Assembly: GCA_015233195.1 (NCBI GenBank)
Contig: JADFYE010000003.1
Span: 74,489 to 138,488, forward strand
Source of the DNA: Candidatus Omnitrophota bacterium
Lineage (GTDB): Bacteria; Omnitrophota; Gorgyraeia; Zapsychrales; Zapsychraceae
Length of the DNA: 64,000 nucleotides
Direction: 5' to 3'
Shown here piece by piece: positions 17,716 through 28,297 of this stretch. Positions within the stretch are counted from its first letter, which is position 1. Each line of letters begins with the position of its first letter. The notes under the pieces were generated by a model. It saw nothing but the letters and a program-made list of their open reading frames with translations, was not told where the DNA came from and ran no database searches. The position numbers were made by a program, and so were the translations under genes.

Positions 17716-18120
17716 TTAGGATTTCTCTATTGAACAAATAAATTCTTTTGATGCTTTTTGATATATGAATCCTAAACAAATACAGTAAATAACAATAGAT
17801 ATTACTGAGCTTCCCCACAAAAGTTTCGGACGGTTAAAATGCGAATTCAAAATAAAAGTGCTTACTATGACGGCTAGGGGAACTATAGCTGCGCAAAGAA
17901 ATGCGGATATTCCAATCACAGGTTTCATAATTACCTGCAGGGTGTCTCCGATTTTGAATTGTTTGGTATTACATTCAATTTCGATTTGTATGGTCGAGCA
18001 TTCCGATTTTGTTTCACAGCCGCAGGAACACGACGAACATGAAGATGGATTTTGCACATTTACAATAACTGTATTTGATAAAATTTGAGCTATGGTTCCA
18101 GCGTGTTTAATAACTTGCAT
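17716..18120 (-). CDS. RseC/MucC-family (SoxR-reducing-system-type) small membrane protein
   Basis: 134 aa. It has an N-terminal beta-rich segment with a Cys cluster (SSCSSCSCGCETKSECS), followed by two hydrophobic helices. This is the RseC-like architecture. Confidence 0.55.
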   Translation of the reverse strand: MQVIKHAGTIAQILSNTVIVNVQNPSSCSSCSCGCETKSECSTIQIEIECNTKQFKIGDTLQVIMKPVIGISAFLCAAIVPLAVIVSTFILNSHFNRPKLLWGSSVISIVIYCICLGFIYQKASKEFICSIEKS

Positions 18121-18134
18121 AATATGATCCGGAT

Positions 18135-18506
18135 TTAGATACGGCGTTTTTTTATTGGTTTTATTTTTTTAGTTACGTTACGTTTCTTGGTTTGGCTTTT
18201 GTTTATTAGTTCGAGCCCGACTAGAAAACAAGCTCCGGTGCGTTTTTTTGCAACACGTTTTACTTGAGCTAAACCTTTGTATATTTCTAAGACGCCTGAC
18301 ATGGTTACATTTACGTCTAAAATATCATTTTTGTGGTATTCATTTTCTGAAAAAAAAGCTAAACCATTAACACTCATGTCATAAGTAGTGGATAAACACC
18401 ATTTATTTTCCGTAGAACGGGGCGTGTTTTTATGCAGGCGGTATTCAATGCTTAATATTCTTTTGGCTCTGGTGTAGGCTCTGCGTTCTGCTTCAATAGT
18501 TACCAT
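18135..18506 (-). CDS. Single-domain PilZ (c-di-GMP-binding) protein with a basic C-terminal tail
   Basis: 123 aa. RRAYTR matches the RxxxR motif and DMSVNG matches the D/NxSxxG motif with typical spacing. The C-terminus is KKRNVTKKIKPIKKRRI. Confidence 0.75.
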   Translation of the reverse strand: MVTIEAERRAYTRAKRILSIEYRLHKNTPRSTENKWCLSTTYDMSVNGLAFFSENEYHKNDILDVNVTMSGVLEIYKGLAQVKRVAKKRTGACFLVGLELINKSQTKKRNVTKKIKPIKKRRI

Positions 18507-18529
18507 AATTTATGACCTTTTTTGATAAT

Positions 18530-19981
18530 TTATTCTGATTTTATCATTTTACGCGGATCAACTATTTTATCAAATTCTTCCGCAGTTAAAAAATTAAGTT
18601 TAAGTGCTGCATCTTTTAAGGTTAAATTTTTATCAAAAGCGGTTTTGGCAATTTGCGCGGCTTTATCATAACCAATGCTTTGATTAAGTGCTGTTACTAG
18701 CATTAATGAATTATTAAGATGTTGTTCTATTCGTTGGGTATTGGCTTTAATCCCGTCGATACAATTATCTTTGAAACTAACGCAAGCATCAGCTAATAGT
18801 CGGATCGATTGTAATATATTGTAAATTATTACTGGTTTGTAAACATTGAGTTCGAAATTGCCGCTTGCTCCTGCCATGGTTATAGTAGTGTCATTACCTA
18901 TTACTTGGCAGCAGACCATGGTCATGGCTTCGCATTGGGTTGGATTGACTTTTCCCGGCATGATCGAACTACCAGGTTCGTTCGCAGGCAGTATTAATTC
19001 TCCAATAGCGCAGCGTGGACCAGAACCTAACCAGCGTATGTCATTCGCGATCTTGTTTAAAGAAACTGCTATGGTTTTTAAAACTCCGCTTACTTCTACC
19101 ATTGTATCGTTGCTGGCTAAAGCTTCAAATTTATTTTCTGCAGTTTCAAAAGGTAAATTAGTATATTCCGCAATTTTTGATGCAACGCGGATTGCGTATT
19201 GCGGGTGAGTGTTTAAACCTGTTCCTACGGCTGTTCCTCCAAGCGCGATTTTATATAAACGCGGCATTACACTATTTATCCGTTCAATACTGTATTTTAG
19301 CTGCTGTGCATAGCCGGAGAATTCATCACCTAAAGTTAAAGGTGTAGCATCCATTAAATGGGTTCTGCCAATTTTTATGATGTGGCGGAATTCATTTTGT
19401 TTTTTGGCTAATGATGTTTGGAGTGATTTTAATGCGGGCATTAGTTTATTAATTATTTGATCTGTGGATGCAATATGCATGGCTGTCGGGAATACGTCAT
19501 TTGAAGACTGTGATTTATTCACGTCGTCATTAGGGTGAATTGGTTTTTTACTGCCTATGTCCCCTCCCATGATTTCAATAGCTCGGTTAGCTATAACTTC
19601 ATTAGCGTTCATGTTGGTCTGGGTACCGCTGCCGGTTTGCCAAATCACCAAAGGAAATTGATCGTTGAATTTTCCGTTTATAACTTCATCCGCAGCTTGC
19701 ATGATTGCTTTAGTTTTATTTTGTTCTAACAGGGATAATTCATTGTTTACACTGGCTGAGGCTTTTTTAATTATTCCTAAAGCCATAATGAATTCAGACG
19801 AGAAAGTTTCTACCCCGATTTTAAAATTTTCAATTGATCGTACAGTTTGCGCGCCATAGTATTTGTTGTTTGGCACACGTACTTCGCCCATGGTGTCAGA
19901 TTCCATACGAAAAGTACCGGACGCAGGAATGGGTTGTTGAACTGTAGTTTTTTTCTTTGATATAAAATTTAAAAATCCCAT
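18530..19981 (-). CDS. fumC: Class II fumarate hydratase
   Basis: 483 aa. The signature [16 protein letters not shown] and the conserved [16 protein letters not shown] block are present. The ATG at 19981 has an AAGGA SD. It gives a 25-aa N-terminal extension relative to the internal Met at 19906, which has no SD. Confidence 0.9.
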   Translation of the reverse strand: MGFLNFISKKKTTVQQPIPASGTFRMESDTMGEVRVPNNKYYGAQTVRSIENFKIGVETFSSEFIMALGIIKKASASVNNELSLLEQNKTKAIMQAADEVINGKFNDQFPLVIWQTGSGTQTNMNANEVIANRAIEIMGGDIGSKKPIHPNDDVNKSQSSNDVFPTAMHIASTDQIINKLMPALKSLQTSLAKKQNEFRHIIKIGRTHLMDATPLTLGDEFSGYAQQLKYSIERINSVMPRLYKIALGGTAVGTGLNTHPQYAIRVASKIAEYTNLPFETAENKFEALASNDTMVEVSGVLKTIAVSLNKIANDIRWLGSGPRCAIGELILPANEPGSSIMPGKVNPTQCEAMTMVCCQVIGNDTTITMAGASGNFELNVYKPVIIYNILQSIRLLADACVSFKDNCIDGIKANTQRIEQHLNNSLMLVTALNQSIGYDKAAQIAKTAFDKNLTLKDAALKLNFLTAEEFDKIVDPRKMIKSE

Positions 19982-19985
19982 TATG

Positions 19986-20735
19986 CTAATCCTTTTTAGA
20001 ATTTAGAATTCCTTTTAAGAAATCGATCGGCAACGGGAATATAGTTGTAGTATTTTTATCTCCGCCTATCTCTACCAGTGTTTGTAAATATCTTAACTGG
20101 ATCGCGACTGGATATTTTTCCATCATTTCCGCAGCTTGACAGATCTTGGCTGCTGCGACGAATTCGCCGTCTGCTGCAATAATTTTAGCGCGTTTTTCCC
20201 GTTCTGCTTGAGCTTGGCGAGCCATAGCTTTGCGCAGATCTTCTGAAATATCTACATCTTTGATTTCCACGTGGGTAACTTTAATGCCCCAGGGGTCAGT
20301 CTGACGGTCTAAAAGAGTTTGCAGTTTTTCATTGATCATTTCCCGTTTAGCTAAAAGTTCATCAAATTCCATTTCACCTAAAATCGTCCGTAAAGTAGTT
20401 TGCGCCATTTGTGAAGTTGCATAATTATAATTTTCTACTTCAACTGTAGCACGGATCGGATCGATGACCCGGTAAAAAACTACCGCGTTAACTTTTACTG
20501 AAACGTTGTCTTTAGTGATCACGTCTTGCGGCGGCACATCAAAAGCAATTAAACGGGTGGTTATCATGGTTGCCAGATCAATTGGCCATAAAATAAAACA
20601 AAAACCTGGACCACGCGGTTCTGGTAAGGCTCGACCTAAACGAAAAACTACTAATCTTTCATATTCTTTTGGAAAACGTACTGAATTGACTAACCAAATA
20701 ACGAATAAAAATAGTATTACAAACATCGGGGTCAT
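19986..20735 (-). CDS. SPFH/band-7 (stomatin-like, slipin) protein
   Basis: 249 aa with an N-terminal TM helix and then a PHB domain ([17 protein letters not shown]...[15 protein letters not shown]). The SD is AAGGAG. It lies downstream of NfeD. Confidence 0.88.
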   Translation of the reverse strand: MTPMFVILFLFVIWLVNSVRFPKEYERLVVFRLGRALPEPRGPGFCFILWPIDLATMITTRLIAFDVPPQDVITKDNVSVKVNAVVFYRVIDPIRATVEVENYNYATSQMAQTTLRTILGEMEFDELLAKREMINEKLQTLLDRQTDPWGIKVTHVEIKDVDISEDLRKAMARQAQAEREKRAKIIAADGEFVAAAKICQAAEMMEKYPVAIQLRYLQTLVEIGGDKNTTTIFPLPIDFLKGILNSKKD

Positions 20736-20757
20736 AATTTAACTCCTTTTTGATTTG

Positions 20758-21333
20758 TTATTTTTTTCTTATTGAAAGTGTTAGTCCTTCGACTTTAGTG
20801 ACTATTACCGTGTCACCTTTTTTAATTTCATTTTCAGACATTGCGTTCCAAAGTTCGCCATGCACGAATATTTTTCCAGGTTTATCTTTTGAAATATCTG
20901 AATTGGATTCTCCAGTTTCTCCGACCAATCCTTCTTGTCCTCCCCTGACTTTATGCGTTTTAGCTTTGATTGCCAAGATCAGCATGATTATAAGAAGAAC
21001 TGCAAGAGAGAATGTTATAGAAAAAACATATATTCTTATGTCTTGGATCATTGGGTCGTTTGAGTCGAACATTATTTTTGATCCAGCAATAAATGAGATC
21101 ACCCCACCCACGCCGCTTACCATATGTCCGGGAATATGCAGTTCAATGCTCAGTAATATTAACCCCAGTAGGATAAAGGATAAGCCATTTGAATTTGCAG
21201 TACGGAAAAGGTCAAAAATTGAATCGTTCGACATATTTGATGACATTGGCATTTGCGAATACGCGTACGCAAGTGTGGTCAGGCATATTAGAGCAATTAT
21301 TGCGGTTATAAAAATTGATAAGTATTTTTTCAT
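20758..21333 (-). CDS. NfeD-family membrane protein
   Basis: 191 aa with several TM helices and a C-terminal OB-like segment (GKIFVHGELWNAMSENEIKKGDTVIVTKVEGLTLSI). This is the classic NfeD-stomatin operon pairing. Confidence 0.8.
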   Translation of the reverse strand: MKKYLSIFITAIIALICLTTLAYAYSQMPMSSNMSNDSIFDLFRTANSNGLSFILLGLILLSIELHIPGHMVSGVGGVISFIAGSKIMFDSNDPMIQDIRIYVFSITFSLAVLLIIMLILAIKAKTHKVRGGQEGLVGETGESNSDISKDKPGKIFVHGELWNAMSENEIKKGDTVIVTKVEGLTLSIRKK

Positions 21334-21345
21334 ATTATTTCCTGG

Positions 21346-22791
21346 TTAATTATTTATTAAATAGTGTGTAAGTAATCTCACCCCTGCCCCTGTTCCGCCA
21401 TAGCCGTAATACATGCGGCTTGTGCCTTCTACAAATGCTGATCCGGCTATGTCTAAATGTGCCCAGGATTTTGTGTCACCGATAAAATTACGTAAAAACT
21501 CAGCGCCGGTTATTGCTCCGCCACCTTTGATATTGCTTGAATTTCGTAGATCCGCGTAATTTGATTTTATTGCGTCACGGATTTCTACATATAACGGCAA
21601 TTGCCAAATACGGTCATCAGTTTCTTGCGAAGATTTTAACAAGGCATCTGCCAATTTTTGGTCATTGCTTAATAGTCCTGAAAAATCAAAACCCAATCCT
21701 ACTGCAACTGCTCCAGTTAAAGTTGCAATATCAATTAATGTGGCGGGTTTATAATTTTTAACAGTATATGCGATAGTGTCAGCTAATACTAATCTGCCTT
21801 CAGCGTCGGTATTACCAATTTCTACACTTTTTCCAGCATAACCTACAAATACGTCGCCAGGCTTGTATGAACAAGATCCGATCGCGTTCTCTGCCATGCC
21901 GCAAACAAACACTAAATTCTTTTTGATATTGAGTTTCAATACATTTTTTAAAGTTCCAACAACTGCAGCAGCTCCGCTCATATCGCAGCGCATGGTTTCC
22001 ATATGACCGGTTGGTTTTAAATTAAGCCCGCCGGAATCAAAAGTCAAACCTTTGCCGACTAAAGCAGTGTATGGTTCAGATTTTTTTCCACCTGCATATT
22101 TTACAATTATTAGTTTGGGTTCTTTATCGCTCCCTTTATTAACTGCTAAATGTAGTCCGCAGCCTTGGGCAGAAAGCTCTTTTGTATTTAAAATTTTTAA
22201 AGCTATATTTTTTTTACCTTTGATAAGAGATTTAATAGTTTTTTCAAAATATTCAGAAGTTATAACATCTGCATTATCATTGACTAAGTCCCTGGTGAAA
22301 TTAACTCCATCGCATATTTCAATTGTCTTTTGATATGCGGGCTTATTGGGTGTTGCAATAATAATCTGTTTGAGTTTGATTTCTTTTTCATCTGCTTTTA
22401 TATATTTTTTCCATTTATATGCGCCGATCATTATACCTTCAATTAAAGCTTGAATTGATGGCTCGTCGTTGACTTGTGGAATAAGTTCAATGGTCTTAGC
22501 ATTTTTTAAATAAGAAGAGGATAAAGCTTTTTTGATTGTGATACGTAGTGAGGTTAAGTTTGCGTCTTTACTTTCATCTACGCCGACTAGTAATACCAGT
22601 TTTTTTTCATTGGTTAGCGGGAATATAGAGTCTTTGTCTCCGCAAAAAGTTTTATTTTTTGCCAAGTCTAAGACTGCGTTTTGGATTTTTGCGTTAGAAA
22701 AATTAAATTTCTTTTTTTCTATCTGTGACTTGGTCAGTAAAATTACAGCCGCGTCTTTATTAAATTGAGCCTTTGTTTGAAAAGATATCAT
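21346..22791 (-). CDS. pepA: Leucyl aminopeptidase (M17)
   Basis: 481 aa with M17 catalytic-domain motifs (VGKGLTFDSGG; NTDAEGRLVLAD; HLDIAG). Confidence 0.9.
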   Translation of the reverse strand: MISFQTKAQFNKDAAVILLTKSQIEKKKFNFSNAKIQNAVLDLAKNKTFCGDKDSIFPLTNEKKLVLLVGVDESKDANLTSLRITIKKALSSSYLKNAKTIELIPQVNDEPSIQALIEGIMIGAYKWKKYIKADEKEIKLKQIIIATPNKPAYQKTIEICDGVNFTRDLVNDNADVITSEYFEKTIKSLIKGKKNIALKILNTKELSAQGCGLHLAVNKGSDKEPKLIIVKYAGGKKSEPYTALVGKGLTFDSGGLNLKPTGHMETMRCDMSGAAAVVGTLKNVLKLNIKKNLVFVCGMAENAIGSCSYKPGDVFVGYAGKSVEIGNTDAEGRLVLADTIAYTVKNYKPATLIDIATLTGAVAVGLGFDFSGLLSNDQKLADALLKSSQETDDRIWQLPLYVEIRDAIKSNYADLRNSSNIKGGGAITGAEFLRNFIGDTKSWAHLDIAGSAFVEGTSRMYYGYGGTGAGVRLLTHYLINN

Positions 22792-22803
22792 AGTACTACC
22801 TCT

Positions 22804-24132
22804 CTACTTAGCTGGGTTGAATCGTTTTTGCGGATCCACAGACGCGCGTTTTTCAATAGGAATATATTCTTGAGTTTTATTACCAACATAAATTTGGCGC
22901 GGTCGTCCGATTTTAGCATTTGGGCTTTCAATCATTTCTTTCCATTGAGCTATCCATCCTGGTAATCGACCAATAGCAAACATGCTCGGATACATATTAA
23001 CCGGTATGCCTATAGCTTTGTACATAATGCCGCTGTAAAAATCTACGTTTGGATAAAGTTTACGTTCAATAAAGTATTCATCTTTTAGCGCTGCTTCTTC
23101 CATTTTTTTTGCCAGATCCAATAATGGATCAGTAATGTGTAATTTTTCAAATAATTCATCAGCTCTGGCTTTGATTATACGTGATCTAGGGTCAAAGTTT
23201 TTATATACCCTATGACCAAAACCCATTAAACGGAATGGGTCGTTTTTATCTTTGGCTTTTTCCAGATATTTTTTATAATTGCCACCGTCAGCCTGAATAA
23301 TTTTTAGCATTTCAATGACTGCTTGGTTTGCTCCGCCATGCAGCGGTCCCCATAGAGCGTTAATACCCGCGGAAATAGAAGCGAACAAATTTGCTCTAGA
23401 GCTACCTACCATCCTTACAGTAGAAGTACTGCAATTTTGTTCATGGTCAGCATGCAGAATAAACAAAGTTTGCAGGGCGCGGACAATTACATCGTCCATC
23501 TCATACGGTCGGGTATGTGACGAAAACATCATGTTCAAAAAATTTGGGATATATTTAAGATCATGACTTGGATAAATGAACGGTTCGCCTATTGATTTTT
23601 TATATGCGAACGCGGTAATAGTGCGTATTTTAGAAAGCAGCTCTACTGTAATTTTATCTATTTCAGGTTTTGAGGGATTAGGATTCACTAATTCCGGGTA
23701 ATATGCTGCCAAAGCTCCCACCATTGCTGATAAGATACCCATAGGATGTCCATTAGACGGATACCCATTGAAGAACTGTTTCATGTCTTCATGGATCATT
23801 GAATGCCGGGTAAATGCTGCTGAAAAAGAATCAAATTCCGCCTGATCCGGCAGATGACCGTATATTAATAGATAGGCGACTTCTAAAAAAGATGAGTGTT
23901 CAGCTAAAGTTTCAATGGGAAAGCCACGATAATGGAGAATACCTTTTTCTCCGTCTAGAAAAGTAATCGCGCTTGTACATGATCCAGTGTTCATATAACC
24001 CTGATCTAAAGTTATATAACCAGTCTGGGTGCGCAGGTTACTTATATCAACTGCTTTTTCACCTTCAGTGCCTTCTATTATCGGTAATTCATAAGTTTTA
24101 TCATCGATAATTAATTTAGCAAATTTTCCCAT
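22804..24132 (-). CDS. gltA: Citrate synthase
   Basis: 442 aa. It has the motifs LHADHEQNCSTSTVR, GPLHGGANQ and GFGHRVYKNFDPR. The SD is GGAGGAG. Confidence 0.93.
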   Translation of the reverse strand: MGKFAKLIIDDKTYELPIIEGTEGEKAVDISNLRTQTGYITLDQGYMNTGSCTSAITFLDGEKGILHYRGFPIETLAEHSSFLEVAYLLIYGHLPDQAEFDSFSAAFTRHSMIHEDMKQFFNGYPSNGHPMGILSAMVGALAAYYPELVNPNPSKPEIDKITVELLSKIRTITAFAYKKSIGEPFIYPSHDLKYIPNFLNMMFSSHTRPYEMDDVIVRALQTLFILHADHEQNCSTSTVRMVGSSRANLFASISAGINALWGPLHGGANQAVIEMLKIIQADGGNYKKYLEKAKDKNDPFRLMGFGHRVYKNFDPRSRIIKARADELFEKLHITDPLLDLAKKMEEAALKDEYFIERKLYPNVDFYSGIMYKAIGIPVNMYPSMFAIGRLPGWIAQWKEMIESPNAKIGRPRQIYVGNKTQEYIPIEKRASVDPQKRFNPAK

Positions 24133-24165
24133 TATCTCCTCCGAATTTTAATTCAAATTTTGATA

Positions 24166-24194
24166 ATTATATTATGAAGGGTAACTAAAATCAA
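24166..24194 (-). promoter_or_regulatory. Predicted sigma70-type promoter for citrate synthase
   Basis: Minus strand: TTGATT (24194-24189), a 17-nt spacer, then consensus TATAAT (24171-24166). It lies about 35 nt upstream of the ATG at 24132. Confidence 0.5.
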
Positions 24195-24214
24195 TATTAA
24201 GTATATATATTAGA

Positions 24215-25252
24215 CTAAAAAGTCAGGTGATGTAAGTGTTTTTTTATAAAGCTGATCTCAGCTGAATTAAGGTTTGAATATATTGGTATTGATATTGCAG
24301 TTCTAGCTAATCTTTCTGTATGCGGGCAATAAAAGCCAGGTAGATATTTGTGGAGCGGTTTAAATATGGGGTTACGGCAAGTAATTCCGTTTTTTTGCAT
24401 TTGTTCCATAAAATTTTGTTTTATTGATTCCGGTATTTTAAGTATGTAGCGGAAATATATCTGACCCGGATCATTTTTAGGGATAAATTCTTTATTTTGT
24501 ACTGCTTGATCAAAAATTTTTGCAATTGCCCGTCTATGTTTGATATTAGCGTTAAGTTGTTTTAGCTGTGATATTCCTAATGCGGCTTGGAAATCTGTCA
24601 TTTTATAGTTGAATCGGGTTACGGTATCTTCTTTATCATCATACTCTCTCAAGTCGTGAATTTTTTTAATGATTTTGCGGTCATTTGAACATATCATACC
24701 ACCTTCACCAGTAGTTATTACTTTTGTAGCATAGAATGAAAAAACACTTATATGTCCGAATGTGCCGACTTTTCTACCCTCAATATTTGCTCCAATAGCT
24801 TGAGCACAGTCTTCAATAACTGGAATACCCAATTTAATAATTGCTTTTATATTTGCAGTACGTCCAAACATATGTGGAACAATAATGGCTTTGGTTTTGG
24901 AGGTAATATGACTTTTAGTATGTATTGGGCAAATGTTTAAAGTGTAAGGATCAATATCAACTAGCACTGGTGACGCGCCAACATATTTTATCGGATTTAG
25001 CAAAGCAGAACAAGTGTACGACGGAATTATAACTTCGTCGCCGGCTTTTATGTTTAAGCTTAAAAGGGCTAAATGGATAGCTGAAGTGCCGCTGTTAACT
25101 GCGACTGCGTATTTTAGCCCATGGTATTTTGCAATTTGGGTTTCAAACGCTGTTACATTTTTACCTTGTGCGATCATACCAGAAGATAAAATCGATTTTA
25201 CAGCAGTTAAATCGGAAGAAGTTAATTTTACGCGTGAGTGAGTGATCTTCAT
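24215..25252 (-). CDS. DegT/DnrJ/EryC1/StrS-family sugar aminotransferase (PLP-dependent)
   Basis: The start was trimmed from TTG 25294 to ATG 25252, which abuts the WbqC stop. The motifs VAVNSGTSAIHLAL and SFYATKVITTGEGG (Lys in the ATK context) are typical. Confidence 0.85.
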   Translation of the reverse strand: MKITHSRVKLTSSDLTAVKSILSSGMIAQGKNVTAFETQIAKYHGLKYAVAVNSGTSAIHLALLSLNIKAGDEVIIPSYTCSALLNPIKYVGASPVLVDIDPYTLNICPIHTKSHITSKTKAIIVPHMFGRTANIKAIIKLGIPVIEDCAQAIGANIEGRKVGTFGHISVFSFYATKVITTGEGGMICSNDRKIIKKIHDLREYDDKEDTVTRFNYKMTDFQAALGISQLKQLNANIKHRRAIAKIFDQAVQNKEFIPKNDPGQIYFRYILKIPESIKQNFMEQMQKNGITCRNPIFKPLHKYLPGFYCPHTERLARTAISIPIYSNLNSAEISFIKKHLHHLTF

Positions 25253-25941
25253 ATTGTTTTGTTTATTATAATTTTTTTTGCCTCTGATCCACAATTAAAT
25301 ATTATATCAAGAGCTGATAAATGGGATATAAATTTTTCAGTCTTCTCCCATTGCTGCGGGTATATGGGATGTTGATACTTTTGTACTTCAACTCGGATAT
25401 TGTTTTCTGCAAAAAGCGCAAAATCCATATATGCGGCACAACCTTCTCCCGCTATATAAGTATCAGCTTCGACTTTTTTGCATATATCAATCAAACGCTG
25501 AGTTTGGTTAGTGGCAATATTGTAAGCAGACGCTAGTACAATTTTTGTCTTGATATCTAATATGTTTAAAAATGATTCGATAATAGTACAGTTTAAATTG
25601 GATAATTTTTCCCATTCTTGGTCATAGATTTTTTTAAATTGGTCGAAGTATTGGTTAAAGTATGGAGCATTACGGTAATTCATTTCTAATGCTTTTATAT
25701 GATCAATCCGCCAGTTTTCATTATTATTAATTTGTACTTGATTGATCGGTTGACCAAAATCATGCAGTATTGGAACGGTAAGCCATTGCCAGCCTTGTGA
25801 GGTCTTAATGCGGTTACGGTTTTGCCATTCATTTTTTTTAAACTGCGCGTCGTCTAAAAAAACAAAAATATCCGCACGGCTGATCTTGTCAAGATAGCCG
25901 AGCCAGGGTAAATATTGAGGCTGATGTATCGCCACTCTCAT
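25249..25941 (-). CDS. WbqC-like family protein
   Basis: 230 aa. The N-terminus MRVAIHQPQYLPWLGYLDKISRADIFVFLDDAQFKKNEWQNRNRI is the characteristic WbqC-family N-terminus. Confidence 0.8.
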   Translation of the reverse strand: MRVAIHQPQYLPWLGYLDKISRADIFVFLDDAQFKKNEWQNRNRIKTSQGWQWLTVPILHDFGQPINQVQINNNENWRIDHIKALEMNYRNAPYFNQYFDQFKKIYDQEWEKLSNLNCTIIESFLNILDIKTKIVLASAYNIATNQTQRLIDICKKVEADTYIAGEGCAAYMDFALFAENNIRVEVQKYQHPIYPQQWEKTEKFISHLSALDIIFNCGSEAKKIIINKTI

Positions 25942-25942
25942 A

Positions 25943-27118
25943 TTAACTTTTGACCTTTTTTATTAAACGTTGGTATTCTTTGCTGATTTGGTCGACCATA
26001 TAGTTGATGTCGTAGTCTTCAGTAATAGTTTCAAACGCGTTCTCAATAAATTTTTGCCGTATCAATGGCGCGCGGTAAAGTTCTACAATCGCATGCTGTA
26101 ATGCTTTGATATCTTGAGGAGGCATAAGCAATCCGTTCACTCCGTCTTTTATTATTACTGGGATACTACCTACATCAGTAGCGATTATGGGGATCCTGCA
26201 AGCCATAGCCTCTATTAATACTCGTCCCATTCCTTCATTCAAAGAGGGTAAAATGAAAAGATCCATACAATTGAAAAATTCAACTACTTGGGTCTGGTGT
26301 CCGACAAAATGAATACGGTCATTTATGTTCAAACGGTCAGCCAATTTTTCAAGTTTTGGTTTTTCGGATCCATCTCCGACGATAAGTAAATGTGCGTCAG
26401 GTATTTGGCTTAGCACTTCGTTGAATGCGTTAATTAAAGTACTGATATTTTTTATTGGATCAAGTCTTCCTACAAAACCGATAATAAAAGCGTTTTGGGG
26501 GAAGTTTAATCGTTCTCGAATTTCAAAAATATTAATAGAACCTTTTTTATTTTTAAAAAATGCAAGATCTATTCCGCTGGGTATGACGACCAATTTTTCC
26601 TTAGGGGCGAAATTGATCTTTAGATAATCATCACGTTCTTGGCGGGTTAAGCAAATGATTAGATTAGTTATTTCAGCAGTTATCTCTTCTGCCATAGCAA
26701 AACACCAGGAAAAAAATTTATTAAAATATCCGTAAAATATATGTCCGTGTGGAGTGTGAACAATGATTGGGATTTTAGCTTTTTTGGCTGCCCAGCGTCC
26801 AATTATTCCAGCCTTGGAGGAATGTGTATGTACTATGTCAAATTTGCTCGCAGTAAGGAATTTGGTTAATTCTCTATAAGCTTTAAAATCTTTACTAAAA
26901 TTAACATCTCGGACTAAGTAATCAATAAAATTTAGATTAATATTGTTTGATTTTGCAAATAACGCGATTTGCGGTAAATGCTGAGGATCAGTTTTACCGC
27001 TGATAAGGGTTACGTCATATAATTTGCGGTCTAAGCGCGCGACTGTCTCCAGCGTATTAGTAGCTGAACCGCCATGGTCTAAACGGGTAATTATGTGGCA
27101 AATTTTGATTTTATTCAT
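25943..27118 (-). CDS. Glycosyltransferase family 4
   Basis: 391 aa. It has the GT-B fold pattern and a C-terminal E-x7-E region (PSLNEGMGRVLIEAMACRIPIIATDVGS). Confidence 0.85.
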   Translation of the reverse strand: MNKIKICHIITRLDHGGSATNTLETVARLDRKLYDVTLISGKTDPQHLPQIALFAKSNNINLNFIDYLVRDVNFSKDFKAYRELTKFLTASKFDIVHTHSSKAGIIGRWAAKKAKIPIIVHTPHGHIFYGYFNKFFSWCFAMAEEITAEITNLIICLTRQERDDYLKINFAPKEKLVVIPSGIDLAFFKNKKGSINIFEIRERLNFPQNAFIIGFVGRLDPIKNISTLINAFNEVLSQIPDAHLLIVGDGSEKPKLEKLADRLNINDRIHFVGHQTQVVEFFNCMDLFILPSLNEGMGRVLIEAMACRIPIIATDVGSIPVIIKDGVNGLLMPPQDIKALQHAIVELYRAPLIRQKFIENAFETITEDYDINYMVDQISKEYQRLIKKVKS

Positions 27119-27141
27119 AAATTAGTATTTTAAAGCTTCTT

Positions 27142-28278
27142 TCAATTAAACAACTCTCTTATTATTTCTACATTCGACGTCCAGTTGAATTTTTGCACTA
27201 CCCGGTCATGTCCATTCTGCCCTAACAGTTGAGCAAAAGTCTTATCACTCAATATTTTTTTGACTGCTTGCGTGAATTCAGTAATACTGCTGGAATCGAT
27301 TAATAATCCATTAATATTATGTTCAATGGCTTCAGCAGCTCCGCCATTATTACCGCCTATGACCGGTTTATATAATGCCCCAGCCTCAAGAAATACTATT
27401 CCAAAACCTTCAGCATCCCCATGTTTTTCAAGTTTACGATTAAGCATCACGAAAATATCAGAAATATTGTAAAGATTTTTTAATTCAGATACTGGTACTT
27501 TATTTAAAAATTTTACATGGTTGGCTAAGTTTAATTTATCGACTAATCCTTCAAGTATCGGATGGCAAGGTCCGTCGCCAACAATGATGTACAAAAGATT
27601 TGGAAATTCCCTTAGCAAAGCGGGTAAACTTTTAATTACTGTGTCATTGCCTTTTCTTTCGATCAAACGGTTTACGCTTAAAATTATGGTGCGGTCATTA
27701 GGTATGCGGTATTTTTCTTTTGTGACAGATCCGGATTCAGGGTTTTTAAATTTATCAACATTTATAGTTGGATATATGACCCGAACTTTTGTGTCCGGGA
27801 TACCAAGGTTTTTTACGATTTGTTTAGTGAATTGGCTATTACTTATGACTAAATACGCTTTATTGCATATTTGCTTTAGTATAAATTTAAAAAACGAATA
27901 TCTTTGGTATTGAAGTATATCGGCTGAATGGGTATATACAATATATTTTAATCCTAATAAGTAACCAACGATACCCGTCGAGAGTACATGTCCGCAATGT
28001 AGATATGTTATGTTTTCTTTTTTTATTATCTGGTGGATGATTATTGTGTGATAAAAAATTGCTATAATTTTTCCTAAAATCGGTATGTGCCGAAAAAAAT
28101 CAATGCGGATAATTTTGAAGGGTAATTTCTTATCTACTTTTTCGGAATTTTCAATTATCGGAGCGCATATTACTAGATCTGCAGGATCAAAACCTTTTGC
28201 TAAATTGAAATAATAAGTGGATTGTCCGCCTAATATGGGTGGAAAATCGTGAACAAACAATAGAGATTTTTTAGACAT
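27142..28278 (-). CDS. Glycosyltransferase family 4
   Basis: 378 aa with the C-terminal GT4-type motif AEGFGIVFLEAGALYKPVIGGNNGG. Confidence 0.8.
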   Translation of the reverse strand: MSKKSLLFVHDFPPILGGQSTYYFNLAKGFDPADLVICAPIIENSEKVDKKLPFKIIRIDFFRHIPILGKIIAIFYHTIIIHQIIKKENITYLHCGHVLSTGIVGYLLGLKYIVYTHSADILQYQRYSFFKFILKQICNKAYLVISNSQFTKQIVKNLGIPDTKVRVIYPTINVDKFKNPESGSVTKEKYRIPNDRTIILSVNRLIERKGNDTVIKSLPALLREFPNLLYIIVGDGPCHPILEGLVDKLNLANHVKFLNKVPVSELKNLYNISDIFVMLNRKLEKHGDAEGFGIVFLEAGALYKPVIGGNNGGAAEAIEHNINGLLIDSSSITEFTQAVKKILSDKTFAQLLGQNGHDRVVQKFNWTSNVEIIRELFN

Positions 28279-28297
28279 AGTTTTTGAGTAAAATTTA

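Noticed and set aside
19906-19981. A 25-aa N-terminal extension of FumC considered as a targeting peptide or a mis-called start
   Set aside because: The upstream ATG (19981) has an AAGGA SD and the internal Met (19906) has none. The extension ([25 protein letters not shown]) is not clearly signal-like. This is unresolved and not noteworthy without comparative data.
20750-21349. A 199-aa plus-strand ORF exactly antisense to the NfeD gene
   Set aside because: It has no SD and a low-complexity Ser/Pro/Ile composition. The minus-strand frame has a strong SD (AGGAAATAAT-ATG), TM helices and the NfeD C-terminal pattern next to a stomatin gene. It is a shadow ORF.
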